Shown: in pieces, positions 1 to 15,100 of the stretch
Numbering within the stretch: position 1 is the stretch's first letter
Layout: every line of letters starts with the position of its first letter
Assembly (NCBI RefSeq): GCF_009914755.1
Contig: NC_060925.1
Source: the human T2T-CHM13v2.0 reference genome, Homo sapiens
Strand: one strand, 5' to 3'
DNA: 64,000 nucleotides
Translations under genes and position numbers: made by a program
Notes under the pieces: generated by a model
What the model saw: only the letters and a program-made list of their open reading frames with translations
Told to the model about the DNA's origin: nothing
The model's database searches: none

Positions 1-3000
1 CCCAAGTGGCAGAGCAGCTTGGACAGCAGCCTGGACCTGTTGCAGAGCCTTCTCCTGTTCTGGACCCCACTCAAAACAGGCAGCCTTTTGGGTCACTTGA
101 TAAATGGGGTGGAGTAACACACCCAAATGAGGAATGTGTTGCCTCCAAAATCTAAATAGGCCCACTAGGCGTGGTACCTCTTTCTTGGTTGTAGGAGGGG
201 CTGAGTGCGGCAACTTATCTTTCACCTTAGAAGGAATATCTCTACAGGCCCCACACCACTGGACCCCTAGAAATTTTACTGAAGTAGAAGGTCCCTGAAT
301 ATTAGTCAGATTTATCTCATCCTCTGGCATGCAAATGTCTCACAAATAAGTCCAGTGTGTTTGCTACTTCTTGCTCACTGGATCCAATCAGCATAATGTC
401 ATCAATGTAATGGACCAGTGTGATATCTTGCAGAAGCGAAAATCAATCAAGGTGTCTCTGAATAAGATTATGACATAAAGCTGGAGAGTTGACATATTCC
501 TGAGGTAGGCCAGTAAAGGTGTATTGCTGGCCTTGCCAGCTAAAGGCAAATTGCTTCTGGCAGGCCTTATGGGCAGGAATGGAGAAAAAGGCATTTGCCA
601 AGTCAATGGCTGTATACCAGGTACCAGGAAATGTGTACACCTGGTACAGCAGCTGCAACTGGAGTCATCACTTGGTTAAGCTTACAATAATCTACTGTCA
701 TTCTCCAAGATCCATCTGTCTTCTGCACAAACTGAATGGGAGATCCCTGAATCTGAACAGGGATGTAGCGGGAATCACCACCTGTGTGTCTTTCAAGTCC
801 TTGATGGTGGCACTGATCTCTGCAATCCCTCCAGGGATGCGATATTGTTTTTGATTTACATTTTTCTAGGTAGAGGCAGCTTTAATGGCTTCCATTTGAT
901 CTTTCTCACCATAATAGCCCTCACCCTACCAGTCAGGGAGCCAATGTGGGGGTTCTGCCAGCTGCTAAGTATGTCTATGCCAATTATGCATTCTGGCACT
1001 GGGGAAATGACCACAGGATGAATCTGGGGACCCACTGGACCCACTGTAAGTTGGACATGAGCTAAAACTCCATTAATTACCTGACCTCCATAAGCCCCTA
1101 CTTTAACAGGAGGACCACAATGACATTTTTGGTCCCCTGGAATCAACACCAACTCAGAGCCAGCGTCCAGTAGTCCCCGAAATGTCTGATAATTTCTCTT
1201 TCCCCATTGCACAGTTATTCTGGTAAAAGGCTGGAGGTCTCCTTGGGGAAGGATGGGAGAGAGAGTTACTGTATAAATTGTCGGTAGTGGGGTCTTTTCT
1301 CAAGGGGACCTGGCCTCCCTTTCATTCAAGGGGTTCTGGGTCTGTAAACTGGCTGGAAAGTCTGGAAACTGATTGAGGGGCCATGATTCTCTGTTTTTAT
1401 AATTCATGTTAGTTTTTTATCCATTTGACCTAGAAGTTTTCTGCTTGTATAAATTAAGTAGGAATGCAGTAGGCTTCCTATCAATTTCACCTATAGGAAC
1501 ACAGTTGTTAAGTATCCAATGCCAGAGCTCTGCATGAGTCAGACTATTCTAATTGCCACTTTGCCTCTGCTGTCCATTACAGTAGCTACACCCACCTTGC
1601 CTTTTATGGTTGAGTGCTGCCACTTGGCCCCTGCCACCTCAGGATTGTATTTACATTTTGTAGTTGGGTAACTGCAGTTCCCACCATTCAATCTGACATA
1701 CAGAGAAGAGCAATTACAGGGCTCTTCAAAGATCCAGGTGCTGCCCTCACAAATCTATTTCACAAGGCATTGGTCAAGGGTATATCTTCTGGACCCTCCC
1801 AGCTGGGATGAGTAGGTCTAAAGTGGCTAATCCACTCCACCATCCCAATGTTACTAAGCCTTGGGATCCCTCCCTGTACATTAAACCAAGAAAGATCAGG
1901 CATTTCCAGCTCACTCACGGTGGGCCATCATTTAATCCATATTTCAGCTAACCAAGCAAATAAACTATTAGAACCTTTTTTAACTCCCCGAGGTGCAACG
2001 TTAAAAGCAGAGTCCCTACTTAGTGGGCCCAAATCAATAAATGCAGCCTGATCAAACTCTATGTTCCTTCCACCATTGTCCCACATCCTTAATATCCATT
2101 CTCATGCCTGTTCTCCAGATTTCTGTTTATAGAGATTAGAGAACTTAAGGAGTTCTTTTCAAGTGTAGTGAACCTCCTCATGGGTCACACTATCAACTTC
2201 ACCTCTAGCGGCCCACTGAGATTTTAGTTATGGGTTTAGAAGGAAACAGGGGTGTTGGGGGTGGCTCCTGAGGAGAATCAACATTATCTTGCCTGGCAAC
2301 TGCCTCAGGGGAGGCCATCACTGTTGCCTCAGGCAGCACAGGGTTTATCTCCTCAGACAGAGGTGGAAAGGCTGATGGCAGCATGGGTCAGGGAGGGGAT
2401 GTTGCCACTACTGGGGATGGGGAAGCTGTTCCTTTTGGCAAAAAAGTTTCATCGGAGTTTACAAACTCAGTGTCCCCAGCTTCATCGGGGTCCTCCCACA
2501 CATCCCCATTCCAAGTTGCAGGGTCCCCCCACACATCCCCATTCCAAGTTGCAGGGTCCCATTCTTTTCCAATCAACGCCCTCACTTTAATAGTAGACAC
2601 CTGGTGAGGCTGTGCATGCACCTTTTGTTGCAGGTCAGGAACTCACATAATAAGAGCTTGTGTCTGTTTTTCCACAATTTCAGCTCTTTCTCTATAGGAT
2701 ATAAGACTCTCACTAAGGGCAATCTTAGCAGATTTGAGGTTCAGTATCCGCTTCTGAATCCAGGAGACAGAATCCCTGAGTTCATCACTTTCTTTCATCA
2801 CTTTGCCCACTGAACTTAGAAGAAACCAACCAGCTTCGTTATGTTCCTTGGTTCTCCACATATGGTCAAAGGTATTATGTACAGAGTTACTAAACTAGCC
2901 TCTCATGAGCAGTGAATCAGGAGTGTCCAATGCATTTATTTTGCATAACTGTCTAAATAGTTCATGCCAAGGACTATCAGTGTTTTCCATACTATTAGAA

Positions 3001-3124
3001 GTAGAATCCTTAGCATTTTTGGGTCTAATCATATTAAGCAGCTGACTCCAGAAACCCCAAAATCAATGAAAGAACTCCATCCTTAATATTCTGTTCCTCT
3101 AGAACCACTCCCAATACCAAAATC
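1..3124 (-). mobile_element. HERV-L (ERVL) internal region: decayed gag, protease and 5' reverse transcriptase; continues off the left edge
   Basis: Fragments [32 protein letters not shown] (RT), YIDD at 398-409, LLDAGSE..IIGIDIL (protease), gag ALIGKEWDPATWNGDVW; many stops and frameshifts; degenerate Leu PBS next to the LTR. Confidence 0.93.
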
Positions 3125-3627
3125 TGTATTAGTCAGGGTTCTCTTACAGGGACAGAACTAATAGGATATATATAAAATTAGTTTATATATATAAATACAA
3201 ACTAATAGGATATATATGATACATATGATATACATATATATATATGTGGGAGTTTATTAAGTATTAACTTACATGATCACAAGGTCCCACAATAGGCTAT
3301 CTGTAAGCTGAGGAGCAAGGAGAGCCAGTCTGAGTCCCAAAACCAAAGAACTTGGAGTCTGATATTTGAGGGCAGGAGGCATCCAGCATGGGAGAAAGAC
3401 ATAGGCTGGGAGGCTAGGCCAGTCTCTCCTTTTCACGGTTTTCTGCCTGCTTTATATTCACTGGCAGCTGATTAGGCTGTGCTCACCAGATTAAGGGTGG
3501 ATCTGCCTTCCCCAGCCCAGTGACTCAAATGTTAATCTCTTTTGGCAACACCCTCACAGATACACCCAGGACCAATACTTTGTATTCTTCAATCCAATCA
3601 AGTTGACACTCAGTATTAACCATCACA
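3125..3627 (-). mobile_element. 5' LTR of the HERV-L provirus (MLT2A1-like)
   Basis: Minus strand starts TGTGATGGTTAATACTGAGTGTCAACTTGATTGGATTGAAG and ends ...CTAATACA; internal (TA)n patch 3165-3246; abuts the ERVL PBS. Confidence 0.88.
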
Positions 3628-5850
3628 TGTGGCTCAAACAAATGAGTTATGTCAATCAGATTTTGTTTTTGGAGAGTTTCAACCAACCAAGCCACTGACT
3701 ACTGCCAGTAACTGATGGACGTTGGTATTGGAAGGTCTTACAAACTCAGGGGCTGTGATAGCCATTGGGCCCGTATGTAAGTTGCTGAAAGGGCCATTGT
3801 CTTCCTGAAAGACCTGAAAAGAGAAAAGAATGGAACAGACACAAATTGATGAAGAACCGAGAGAATATGTCACTGCCCATGAGAAAGAGACAGAGAAAGA
3901 AAAGATGCCTGGTTTATGTTCTCACTTTCAGTTCCAATTTCCTTGAGCCTGGCTGTTCTTGTTTCTTGTGAATTCTCTCTTTCTGTGTGTGTGTTTAAAT
4001 GTTAAATATTTAAATTTTAAACTTTAATCCTTTTTAGTATATGACCAGAAAGCCTGCAATTAGAATAGAAATTGGTACCAGGAGTGGGGTTTCAAGTGAC
4101 AGAGCCTTAAAATATGGGACAGTTATGGTATCATTGGGAGAAGATATAATCTAAAATAAATTACAAGATGAGAATTTTGCAGGCTGTGATTTTTGGTGAA
4201 AAACTAGTTAAGTGTCACCTGCAATCCCTTGAGACCCAGGACATAACCATACAAAAGGTGGAGCTCTGGGAGGCTTGATGACTGAATGTAAGAATAAGGA
4301 AGCAGATTATTTATTGCTTAGAATCTTAGATTAAGGCCAGCAGCAAAGAGACACGTTTCTATCCAGAATGCCTGTCTATCAGCAAATAAGAAAAGCAAGG
4401 TGATTATGTAATCCTGGGGCAGGAAGCCCATTTTGTCTGTAACTGGAGCTCTCTGATTACTTAGATTCAAATCCAGAAACTAATGGGCCTTGCCAAACTG
4501 TGGTCTAGTCCTAATTTTCTGTCTCATTGAGTTTCTAGTGCTAAAGCTGTGATTGACAAAGATGGATATTTAGGCCATTGGAAAAGGATTATCTAGAAGG
4601 AGTTGCTGGGGAACATGACACTCCCACAAGCTTCTCCAAGGCATTTTTTACTCTGCCTTCCCTACAAAACAAGAAGATCCCTTCCCACTGGGAGGCAAGT
4701 CTAACAGCCAGGATTGAAGTATGGATAAGGAAAGACAGATTAGGAAAGAAATAGCTAGCACTTTTTGCCTACGTCCCTTTTGTACTAAGTGGCATCGGTC
4801 ATTAAGAGAAGGATAGTCAGATTGAAGAGCCTAATCCTGGGTTCTGAGCAACAGAAAATTGATGGGCCTGGTCCTCAGGACTTATTTCAACTATTAAGAA
4901 TATGCAGGCTTCCAAGGACATTGGCCTTACAGTGTCAGTCAGGGTTCCCTGTAGCTTCAGGATTAAATATTTGCTTAGAAAAGTAGCCACTGTATGGCTC
5001 TTATCCTAGAGATCTCTTTCTTTCCTCTTCTAAGTAAATGATTGTTTTCTGCTATCTTCCCATTTTTGTTCCATTGTTGAATATTGGGCTATGGCAGAGG
5101 TTAAGTTTACCATTTAGTTCATAGATTGTAGGAAGATGAGATGTCACCTTTGGACAGGAGAGGAATGGATATAACCTGAATATTGTGGATTCTGAGGCAG
5201 GCAGGCAACCTTTGAGATGGCCTTGAGACACTCACTGCCTCTGAATGAGGAGCAGAATATGACTTCAAGTTATTTCCTAGGGGGAGAGGATGTATGATTT
5301 ATAGTTGTAAATTTGATCAATTAGACGAAAGCACCTTTGAAAATGTCCAAATAAGGAAAAGGTTATGTGTGCCAGGCAAGCAATAGAATGAAACTGACAG
5401 GCTTTCATTATTTGTCTTATTCAATGATGCTGGAAGGGACAGCATTATATGCCACATGGACGTGGGATGGACACCTAACCCAGGGCAGCAAATCCTATGA
5501 CTTACATTGTCAGGGTTGAATGGATAGGCTCATCAAAGCAGACTCTTTCTCCCGAATTTTGAACAAGGAGACATTGGGTCTATTATCACTTGGAGTGAGC
5601 TCTTCAGTTGGGTCCTATACACTGGGGGCATGATGAGTAGACAGGAATGAGGTGGGGTGCCAGGGGAGAATGGAGCAGACACCTGGAGACTGGTGACTCC
5701 TGAGAGGGAGAGATAGAGTTGTTGCTTCTGTTCTTAATGGGTTTCTCCTGATTTTAGAACCTCTCATATCTGGCAATATTTTACTTTTCTGTTCTTGGAT
5801 TTCATTGGATTTCTGCTTTCTTACAATAAATCCCAATCTGTGGCAGAAAT
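3628..5850 (+). mobile_element. Ancient MaLR (MLT1-family) element: partial 5' LTR, tRNA-Leu PBS, internal region, 3' LTR remnant
   Basis: TGGTACCAGGAGTGGGGT at 4073-4090; MLT1-like LTR features at ~3630-4060 and ~5395-5850; boundaries approximate. Confidence 0.55.
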
Positions 5851-8329
5851 CTAGCATTCAGGAGACAGATCTAGGTGGAAATATGTTTTTCAGATCCATC
5901 TACATTTTGGTGGAATCACGACCTGGGAGTGGAGGAAATCACCCAAGGAGGTGTAGAGGGAAAGAGAAAATATTGTATTCTGATCATTACAAATACTTCA
6001 TATTGCATAGTATACCACAAGATATTAAATGTTGGCATATATTATTTACTCTTCTAAACAACTTTGTAAAGTAGCTGTTGTTATTGTCCTAATTTTACAA
6101 ATGAACAAAGGTGATAAAAATGGGTTCAGTTATAATACTTTGCCTGGGTTGCACAGGTCTTCTGACTGAGTTCACTTTTCAGCTCCCATTAGGAGCAGAA
6201 GGGACTCAGAATTGGCAGGGCAGAGCTATATGCACTGGACCAGAATCTGGACCAGAATTCTCTCCAGAGGTGGGCACCACTTTGTAATCATAAAGACCAG
6301 TATTACCTGATATATGCACAGAAGTTGGCAGGAGAGTAAATGAATTAAAGGAAGGATGCTTATCCCAGAGCTCCTTGTTTCCCTTTGTCGGTCTCCTTTT
6401 CCCCCACCCCATAACTAGCCCTGCTGCTCTTTAGCCCCTTTGAGGGAAACCACTGACCTGCCCCATCCACGGAGAAGCAAGAGGCCTGTGCTACAGTTAT
6501 CCCTCCCTATGGACAATTCCTGGTCCTTTGGGGGAGTGTTTAATGCCCCCAAATTTTGCCACTTGGGGGTAGGTAGTGGGGAGGGATGGTAAATGGTACT
6601 TTGTGGGAAAAGGATTACCTGGGCAAAGGATTCGGGAAATGCTGAGTTAAACAAACAAAAAGAGATTTCCTGATCACAGTTCTTAGACCATTAAATGTAT
6701 GAACATGCATCTCCTAGAAGGGCATATTATGGGAAGAACTTCCCCAACTTACCTGACCACAGAACAGCTTCCTAATGTGCTAGCATTTTAAGCAGTAATG
6801 GGGAAGGGGAAAAAGATTGTGGAGGTGGGAGGCAGGAGGTGGGAGGCATGCAAGAACTTCACCTCAAGGGTTAGCAAACACCTACTCTCTATTCATGTGC
6901 AATGGCCTTGAGTGGAGCTCTCAACTGATAAGTGGGGGTTTGTTTGTGTGTGCGAGTGTGTGGTTTGTGTGTTTGTGTGTCCATGCACCCACACACGTAG
7001 GCACAAATCTTGGCTATCAACTCAAATGCAGGAACTGGATTGATTTTTATAACTTTGCTCTTAAGGTTTCTCACCCCCTAATATTTGCTCAGGCCTCTTT
7101 TGAGACTACATGTTAAATAAGGCATAGGCTGCCTCACAGTGGCTTTATTTGCTTGTTGTGGGTGGTGGTGGGGCCGGGGAGCTCATTAGGATTCTTAAAA
7201 GTTTAGGAAGGAGCAAAGGCCAAGTTAGAAGAGGATACCTGCCTCCTGACTCCTTGGGGGGCTCTCTTTTTGGCCTGCCCTACCTACTGAGGACTCATTG
7301 GAGGAGCCCTCACAGGGAACTTTTCTTAAATTGACACCCTCTGTTTATTTTTGAACCCCTAATTACCCTTTAAACTTGCTGTGGCTTATTTTTAGAGGTT
7401 TCTCATCCATCTCATTAACAGCTCGTAAAAGCTCCTGTCTCATATTTCTACCATTTGTGCCCTTAATTAAACACAGTGGCTTTTGTTATCTCAGAATACT
7501 GGTCTTGTTTAGAATTTAAATAAGATGACTCCAAGCTACTGCCTAACTGCTTTTTAAGCATTCCTTCCCTTTCCTCCAATCCTTTTGTCTGCCATGGGTC
7601 TGTCTAGAGCCTTGTCCCCAGGGTTCTCTCTGTTCTTTTTTGGTTATTTTTTTTATAATCAAGGGCTGAGAATGCAGAAGAAGGAGGCGTGGGATGCTGA
7701 CAGCTCTGTTTTGTGTTTCAGTTTTGTTTTGTTTTGCTGATTTTGGGGGTAGGGCACCGTTGGGCTCCTTCCTCCACCTCTACCGGGAGTTAGGAAGAAA
7801 GAGATGGGTTAAGACTTTTTCAAGCTTTGCCATCCAACATGTGAACAGAACAGCAATACTTGATTAAATGCACACCAGGACTCTGATCCCTGATCTGACA
7901 CCTGCTGATCCTCTTCCCTCATCAGGAAAGCACTGCCTAATTACCTTTTCCTGCTAGCCCAGTTTATATTCAAAACTTCTTAGTGGGACTGACCAAAATA
8001 TTGAAAGCATCCATCATCAGAGGTGCTCGACACCAGGTACTGCCTCGCAGAGGGAGGAAGGCTGGTGTAGGGAAGAGGAAGCAGTTGCGGTCTGGGGACT
8101 GTCAGTGGCACAGGCCCGGGTAGCACCTGCACTTTGGCCAGGGAAGGGCAAGCCCAGTCAGTGGTCTGTCCTTTGTGGCCTGGGCCCAATCTGCCCTGTG
8201 GAACTCACAGTCTCCCTGGCAAGAGAGAAACCTGTCATCTGTGCTGTTGGCTTAGTCAGTGGGCACAGGCTGAGGTGGTGCCCATGCCCTTCACAGGCAA
8301 AATAAAGCAAATAACACCAGGTTCATCTA

Positions 8330-8525
8330 GGCTTGACTCTCAGTTCCTTCCCTTGGCCTTGGGCAAGTTACTTTACTTCTCTTCCTTGTGTTCTCTTCCA
8401 TATAATGAGGTGATATTAATATTACCTACCTCAAAAGGTTGATGTCAGAACTCAATTAGATAATGTATGTAAAGAATTTGGCATGGTGACTGGCACGTCA
8501 TAATCATGTAACAGATGACAGCTGC
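8330..8525 (+). mobile_element. MIR SINE
   Basis: ccttgggcaagttactt...acctacctca...ataatgtatgtaaag core. Confidence 0.7.
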
Positions 8526-8659
8526 TGTGATTAGTATTAGTATTACTGGAATATAGTGACCATTCTGGTCCTATGTGGCCACTTGAGACCACAGGGGCAG
8601 TGGGATCATTGTGGGTCATTGTGATGATATGGATTTTATCCTGCAAAAGAACCTGTCTA

Positions 8660-10140
<1,481 letters not shown>

Positions 10141-10889
10141 AGGTCACTGCTGTGGGGCAACTCAAGACATTTTCTCATGGGCAGTGAAACTGAGGCTCAC
10201 TTAATCTTCCATCCTCAGACCCAATGGCTAGGACTAGTGCCCCCTGAGACACCCACCTTTACCCTTACCTTCTGCCCTGATGAGACCCCAATAATCTAGA
10301 GTCTATTTCCTAACATTCTCCTGTATCTGTCCTTCAGTGCTTAGGAAAGTGTTGCTGACTATAGGAAAGAAAAGACTGGGTTAGGGAGAGGGGTGTGAAG
10401 AGGTGCCCAGGCCAGGGCAGCGCTCCACCACTGCCTCCTGCCCTGCTTCTGCCCAACCTGCAGTTAGCCTGGTTTAAAACAGATGCTCTCAGTCATGATC
10501 AACCTGTCTGCTTCTGCCTTTGCTCTGTGGTCATGGGAAGCAGATGTTTCACCCTGCTGTAGTGGGGACTGAATTACAGTGGCATTGGTGTGGGGTGACC
10601 TTCAGGGCACTGGGCAAGGCTCGCAGAGGGGGTGCCTTTGCTAACACCCCTCCTGTGCAAGTCTGGCAGTGTGTTGCTCATGGGGCTGCCGGCCAAATGC
10701 CAGAGAGGGAAACAGTCACACCCCCAAACTGTTCATGAACAGACCTAAGTAGACACACAAGTCCCATCACAGGGGAACACAATCCCCCTATGAGCTGTGT
10801 CTGGGTCAGGGTCTTCTCAACTTAGGAACAACCATCCCATGCCAGGTAAAGCCAAATCTCTAATTCTGGGCTTAATGTTCCTTGATGCA

Positions 10890-11050
10890 TGTGCCTGGAC
10901 TTTGTTATGCATCAGAAACACCAGCCAGCTTGTTGAAGTGCAGATTCCTAGGCTCCAATCTAGTGCATCAGAGCTTCTGTGGGTAGCAATTTACATTTTT
11001 AACAAGCTTTCTAGGTGGCTCAAATGCACAGTAAAGTTTGAGACGCCGAT
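10890..11050. mobile_element. MER5-type hAT-Charlie DNA transposon remnant
   Basis: gcatcagaa...tgcagattcct...ttttaacaagc...aagtttgaga signature. Confidence 0.6.
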
Positions 11051-11848
11051 GGAGAGCGTCCTCTGTTAAATCACACCAAGACTTCTTTCTTGCATTGTCC
11101 ATCACAGACCACGTTTGTGGGGTTACTATGTTAACTGTTTTCTGAATCTCATGCTGGGTATTCTGAATCTGGGTACTTGACTCTGGTTTTGGCTCGTGTG
11201 TCCTCCCCTCTTGGCTGTAGGTGCCTCCTCTCTGACAGGCTCCCCATGATGGGGCACCTGGATGTGCAGGGCAGCGGGAGGGAGCCAGGCGAGAAAGGGC
11301 ACGAAAGAAATAGGACACCAGCTTCTAATAAGGGAGTGTGCCCAGCACCGGCTCAAGGTATGGGAGGGAAAAGCACTATCCCCTGCAGGGCTCTTCTGGA
11401 AGGCTTTTCAGGAGAGGCTGTAGTTAGGCCCCAAGAATAAGTGGGATTAGGTTTCCTGAGACTAGGGAGGGTATCCTGAAGATACAGAGTATAAACAAAG
11501 CATGGTGAGAGGAGGGTGTTGCATTTGGCCATAGAAACGGGTGCTGAAGACCCATGAAGTGTTTTGAACACCAGATTAATGCATTGTCAGTTTCATGTAA
11601 GGCAAAGTGCTTGGTAATTTTTAAAGCTCTATGCAAACATTAATCATTCCTTTCTCCTTCTGTGGGCAAAAGGGGAGTTAGTAAAAAATTATGAGTAATA
11701 GTGGGATGCCTGGCAAAGGTTTTAGGATGAATAAATTACTAGGGAAGTGGAGAACAGCTTTTTAGGGGTTCAGAAGCAGTTGTCCAGGGGCTGAATCTTA
11801 TTAGTTTGGCCAACAGTGTTAGCTTTTCAAAAAAAATTTTTAAATTAA

Positions 11849-12163
<315 letters not shown>

Positions 12164-15100
12164 TAATTTGCATTTGAATGTCTTTAAATAGAGCTTTCAC
12201 CTTCCAGTTCCCACAACCTACAACTCTACGTTTGTTTTACAGCCTCACACATTTACACCTGCTTAGCCCCAGAAGGTATTAGAGTTTTTAATCTCTCAAT
12301 TGGCACAGAGGAGGGTGAGAAGTTGAAATTCTAGTAGGAGAGATAACAGTAGTGGGAAGTAGTGAGGGCCCAGAGAGAGTGGGGCAGTGAGATAAGAAGA
12401 AGGAGACAACACAGAATAAGTAAATGGGACACGCTGGCGGATTGAGGGAGAGAGGGGAGTCAAGGGTTAAACTGATGGGACAATGCTGCTGAAGTCTGCA
12501 GAGGCTGAGGAGCAGCTCTGAAGGATATGTTGGGTTTAGGTTGTGGCAGGATATCTCAGGGCCTTGTCTAACGGCAGGTGACAATTTGGGCCTGGTGCTC
12601 AGAAGAATAATGGTAGCTGGGGACGCAGGTCAGCCCTGGCGTGGAGGCAGTGGGTGAAGTGGAGGTGGAGGTGAGTGGGGGTAAGAGTGTGCTGGGAGAG
12701 GGTGGAGGGCTGGAGGAGCCTTCTCACTGAGGAGGTGTGCAGAATAGTCAGGATGGCAGCAAAGCTGGATCTCATGCAGGATCCTTGAGTCAGAAAAGGA
12801 GAGAACCTCCAGGAGGGAGGGGCTGATTGGCTGCCAGAGGCACTTTGGCAGCCGAGGAGAATATGGGTTGGAAACACGTCCTTTAAGAAGTCATTGACTT
12901 TGAGCATCGGTGAGCAGGTCAGCAGGGGTGAGCGTCGGCATGGTTGGGCTCTGCTCCTTCAGTAAGGGAGCACTGAGGCAGTGGAGCTCCGCCTTTGCCT
13001 GAGGGGCTGGTATGGACTCCCGGCACAACCTGGCTCTAAACTGGACAGTGGAAGGGTGGCCTCTGCTCTGACCTGTCACTGTGTCTTCCCTGAACGGCTG
13101 TGCTTGGCCAAAGCTGAGCTGTTCATAGTTGTCCCACACTAGCTCACTCTGCGCCTCTCCCCAGATGGCCTAGAAGACCACGGCCCTCTCTGCTCCTCAA
13201 GCCAGAAGCTGCTCTCGGGTCAATAAGCTCGGGTTGCTGGAACTTTTCGGACTGCCGAGGTCACTTCTGCTTCTGGGTTGTCTGACCACTGGCCAGTTTT
13301 TTGCTTGCTCTTTAGCGGCTCTTCCTCCTTGTAGCTCAGCACCCTGTGAGGTTGAAGAGGCGGCTGCTCAGCTGTGGCTGAAAGTGAGGAAGCTCCCTTT
13401 AGGGGGTAAGAGTTGGAGTTTGAGATGAAAAGTGTTTGGTGCCGCTTGGCTTGACATTTTCCCCCAAAGTGAAAATCCAGCTGGCTTGTTCCCCTGGTTT
13501 GTCTCTGAAGCAGTATCTGGTATTTATAGAAGACTGAGCCAAGGGCCAATCAGCTCAGAATGGAAATGCCTGAGCCTGGAGTTCTCTGGGGCAACCGTCT
13601 CCTGGCTTTCTCTCTCCCTGGAGTTCAGCTAAGGTTTTCTCTCGAAAACTTTCAAGCCCTGAGAAGTTTGAAGAGACACAAACAGGGGAAAGGACCCTAA
13701 AGCACACTGACTGTCTTTCTCTTGGCATCGACGTCTTGTGTGTTTTTTTATGGTTGATAGCAAGAAGGTAGCTGAAGAGCTAGGAGAGTGGCCTGGTGTG
13801 GGGCGCAAGGAGCAGCTGCAGCGTCCAGCTGTCTAGGGTGATGGGCATAGTCTCCTGTTCCTACAGCCTCTAGGACGTCCTGCTTCTGAATTATGTGCCT
13901 GTGCTAACCTACTGGGACAGAATTGTTGTTTTTAGCATGTACCTTCCAGCTGCAAGGAAAAGGAAGGGGATATTTGACATTTTAAAAGACAGCTGGAATG
14001 AGTGAGATATCAACTGACACATTCATTAAATGTCATCACTTTTGTTTCTCTTCCACATTCAGTGCTTAAGTTATTCTAAATTAATTACCCAGCCACTTGA
14101 TTTATTCCTTACACCCCCCTCTGTGCTTCCTGCCACCATCTCCAGGCTTAAGAGCAGCACAAGTTACCCGGTTGTAAAGGCTGAGCAGGGGCCTTCAGAG
14201 AAAGAGGAGACTGTCCAGGCAGCTAGGCTGCAGGATGCTCTCACAATGGGGTCAGAAGCCGAGCCTGACCACTGCCATGAAAGTTGTCATCCCCCTGTTT
14301 TACAGATGAGGGAAGTGAGGCTCAGAGAGGATAAGTGATCCATCCAGGGCAGACTGGGGAGGCTCAAGGAGCCAGAATTTAACCCAGGTCTTCTGCCTCT
14401 AGGCTCTTGAGCTTACCAAATGTATTGGTGTCAAAGAGGCAAATCTATCTTCACGTGCTAGGTAGCCACAGGGATTAAATAAACTGAAGAATACAATTTC
14501 ACACCCCCCTCTGGCCCTTACTTCCTTGTCAGGGAGAGGGAGAGCCAGGTGCAGGAGGACAGCTACAGGTTAGCATCTAGGAGGCAGATGAGGAATCTCT
14601 CTGCACAGTAAGTCAGGTATATTTGGATCATTCGGCAAAGAAAGTTCTTAGTAATTTAAGGAAGACAATGTGTGAAGTTTGTCTGGCTCTTTGATTTCAC
14701 AATCCATTTTAACTGCTGTGTGTCATTGTTGGTAATTTTTCCAGAGAGATGAAAGACCATGGTACAAAGGGCCATAGCCCTTTCAACTGTGATTAGCAAG
14801 TCCTCTGTCATCTCAGGGACTCACATTTCCACAAACAGAATTTCTAGCCCCAGGTTTCATTCCTTATTGCTCCAGCCTGAAATGTTCCCACAGGCCTAGC
14901 CTAGGTACAGACTGTAAGGTGAAGCCACAGAGAAAAGCAGAAATGCTACATGGCTCACGAAAGCCTGGGGCATCTGCCCACATTGGTGCTCTGTGTATCT
15001 CTGGATAATCTCTGATGTGTCACCAAACTTCCCCAAACTGTGTGGAAAAAAGAGCCACCTCAGGGAAAAGAGTCACATATCTCCTCCATTCCTTTCCCCA

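Noticed and set aside
388-2861. HERV-L ORFs as a functional or domesticated gene
   Set aside because: Broken by stops and frameshifts; protease motif reads DAG instead of DTG; YIDD is out of frame with the upstream RT fragment
12590-13430. GC-rich stretch with several short ORFs, possible pseudogene
   Set aside because: No protein similarity I can recognise, no poly-A or TSD; a tBLASTx search would be needed
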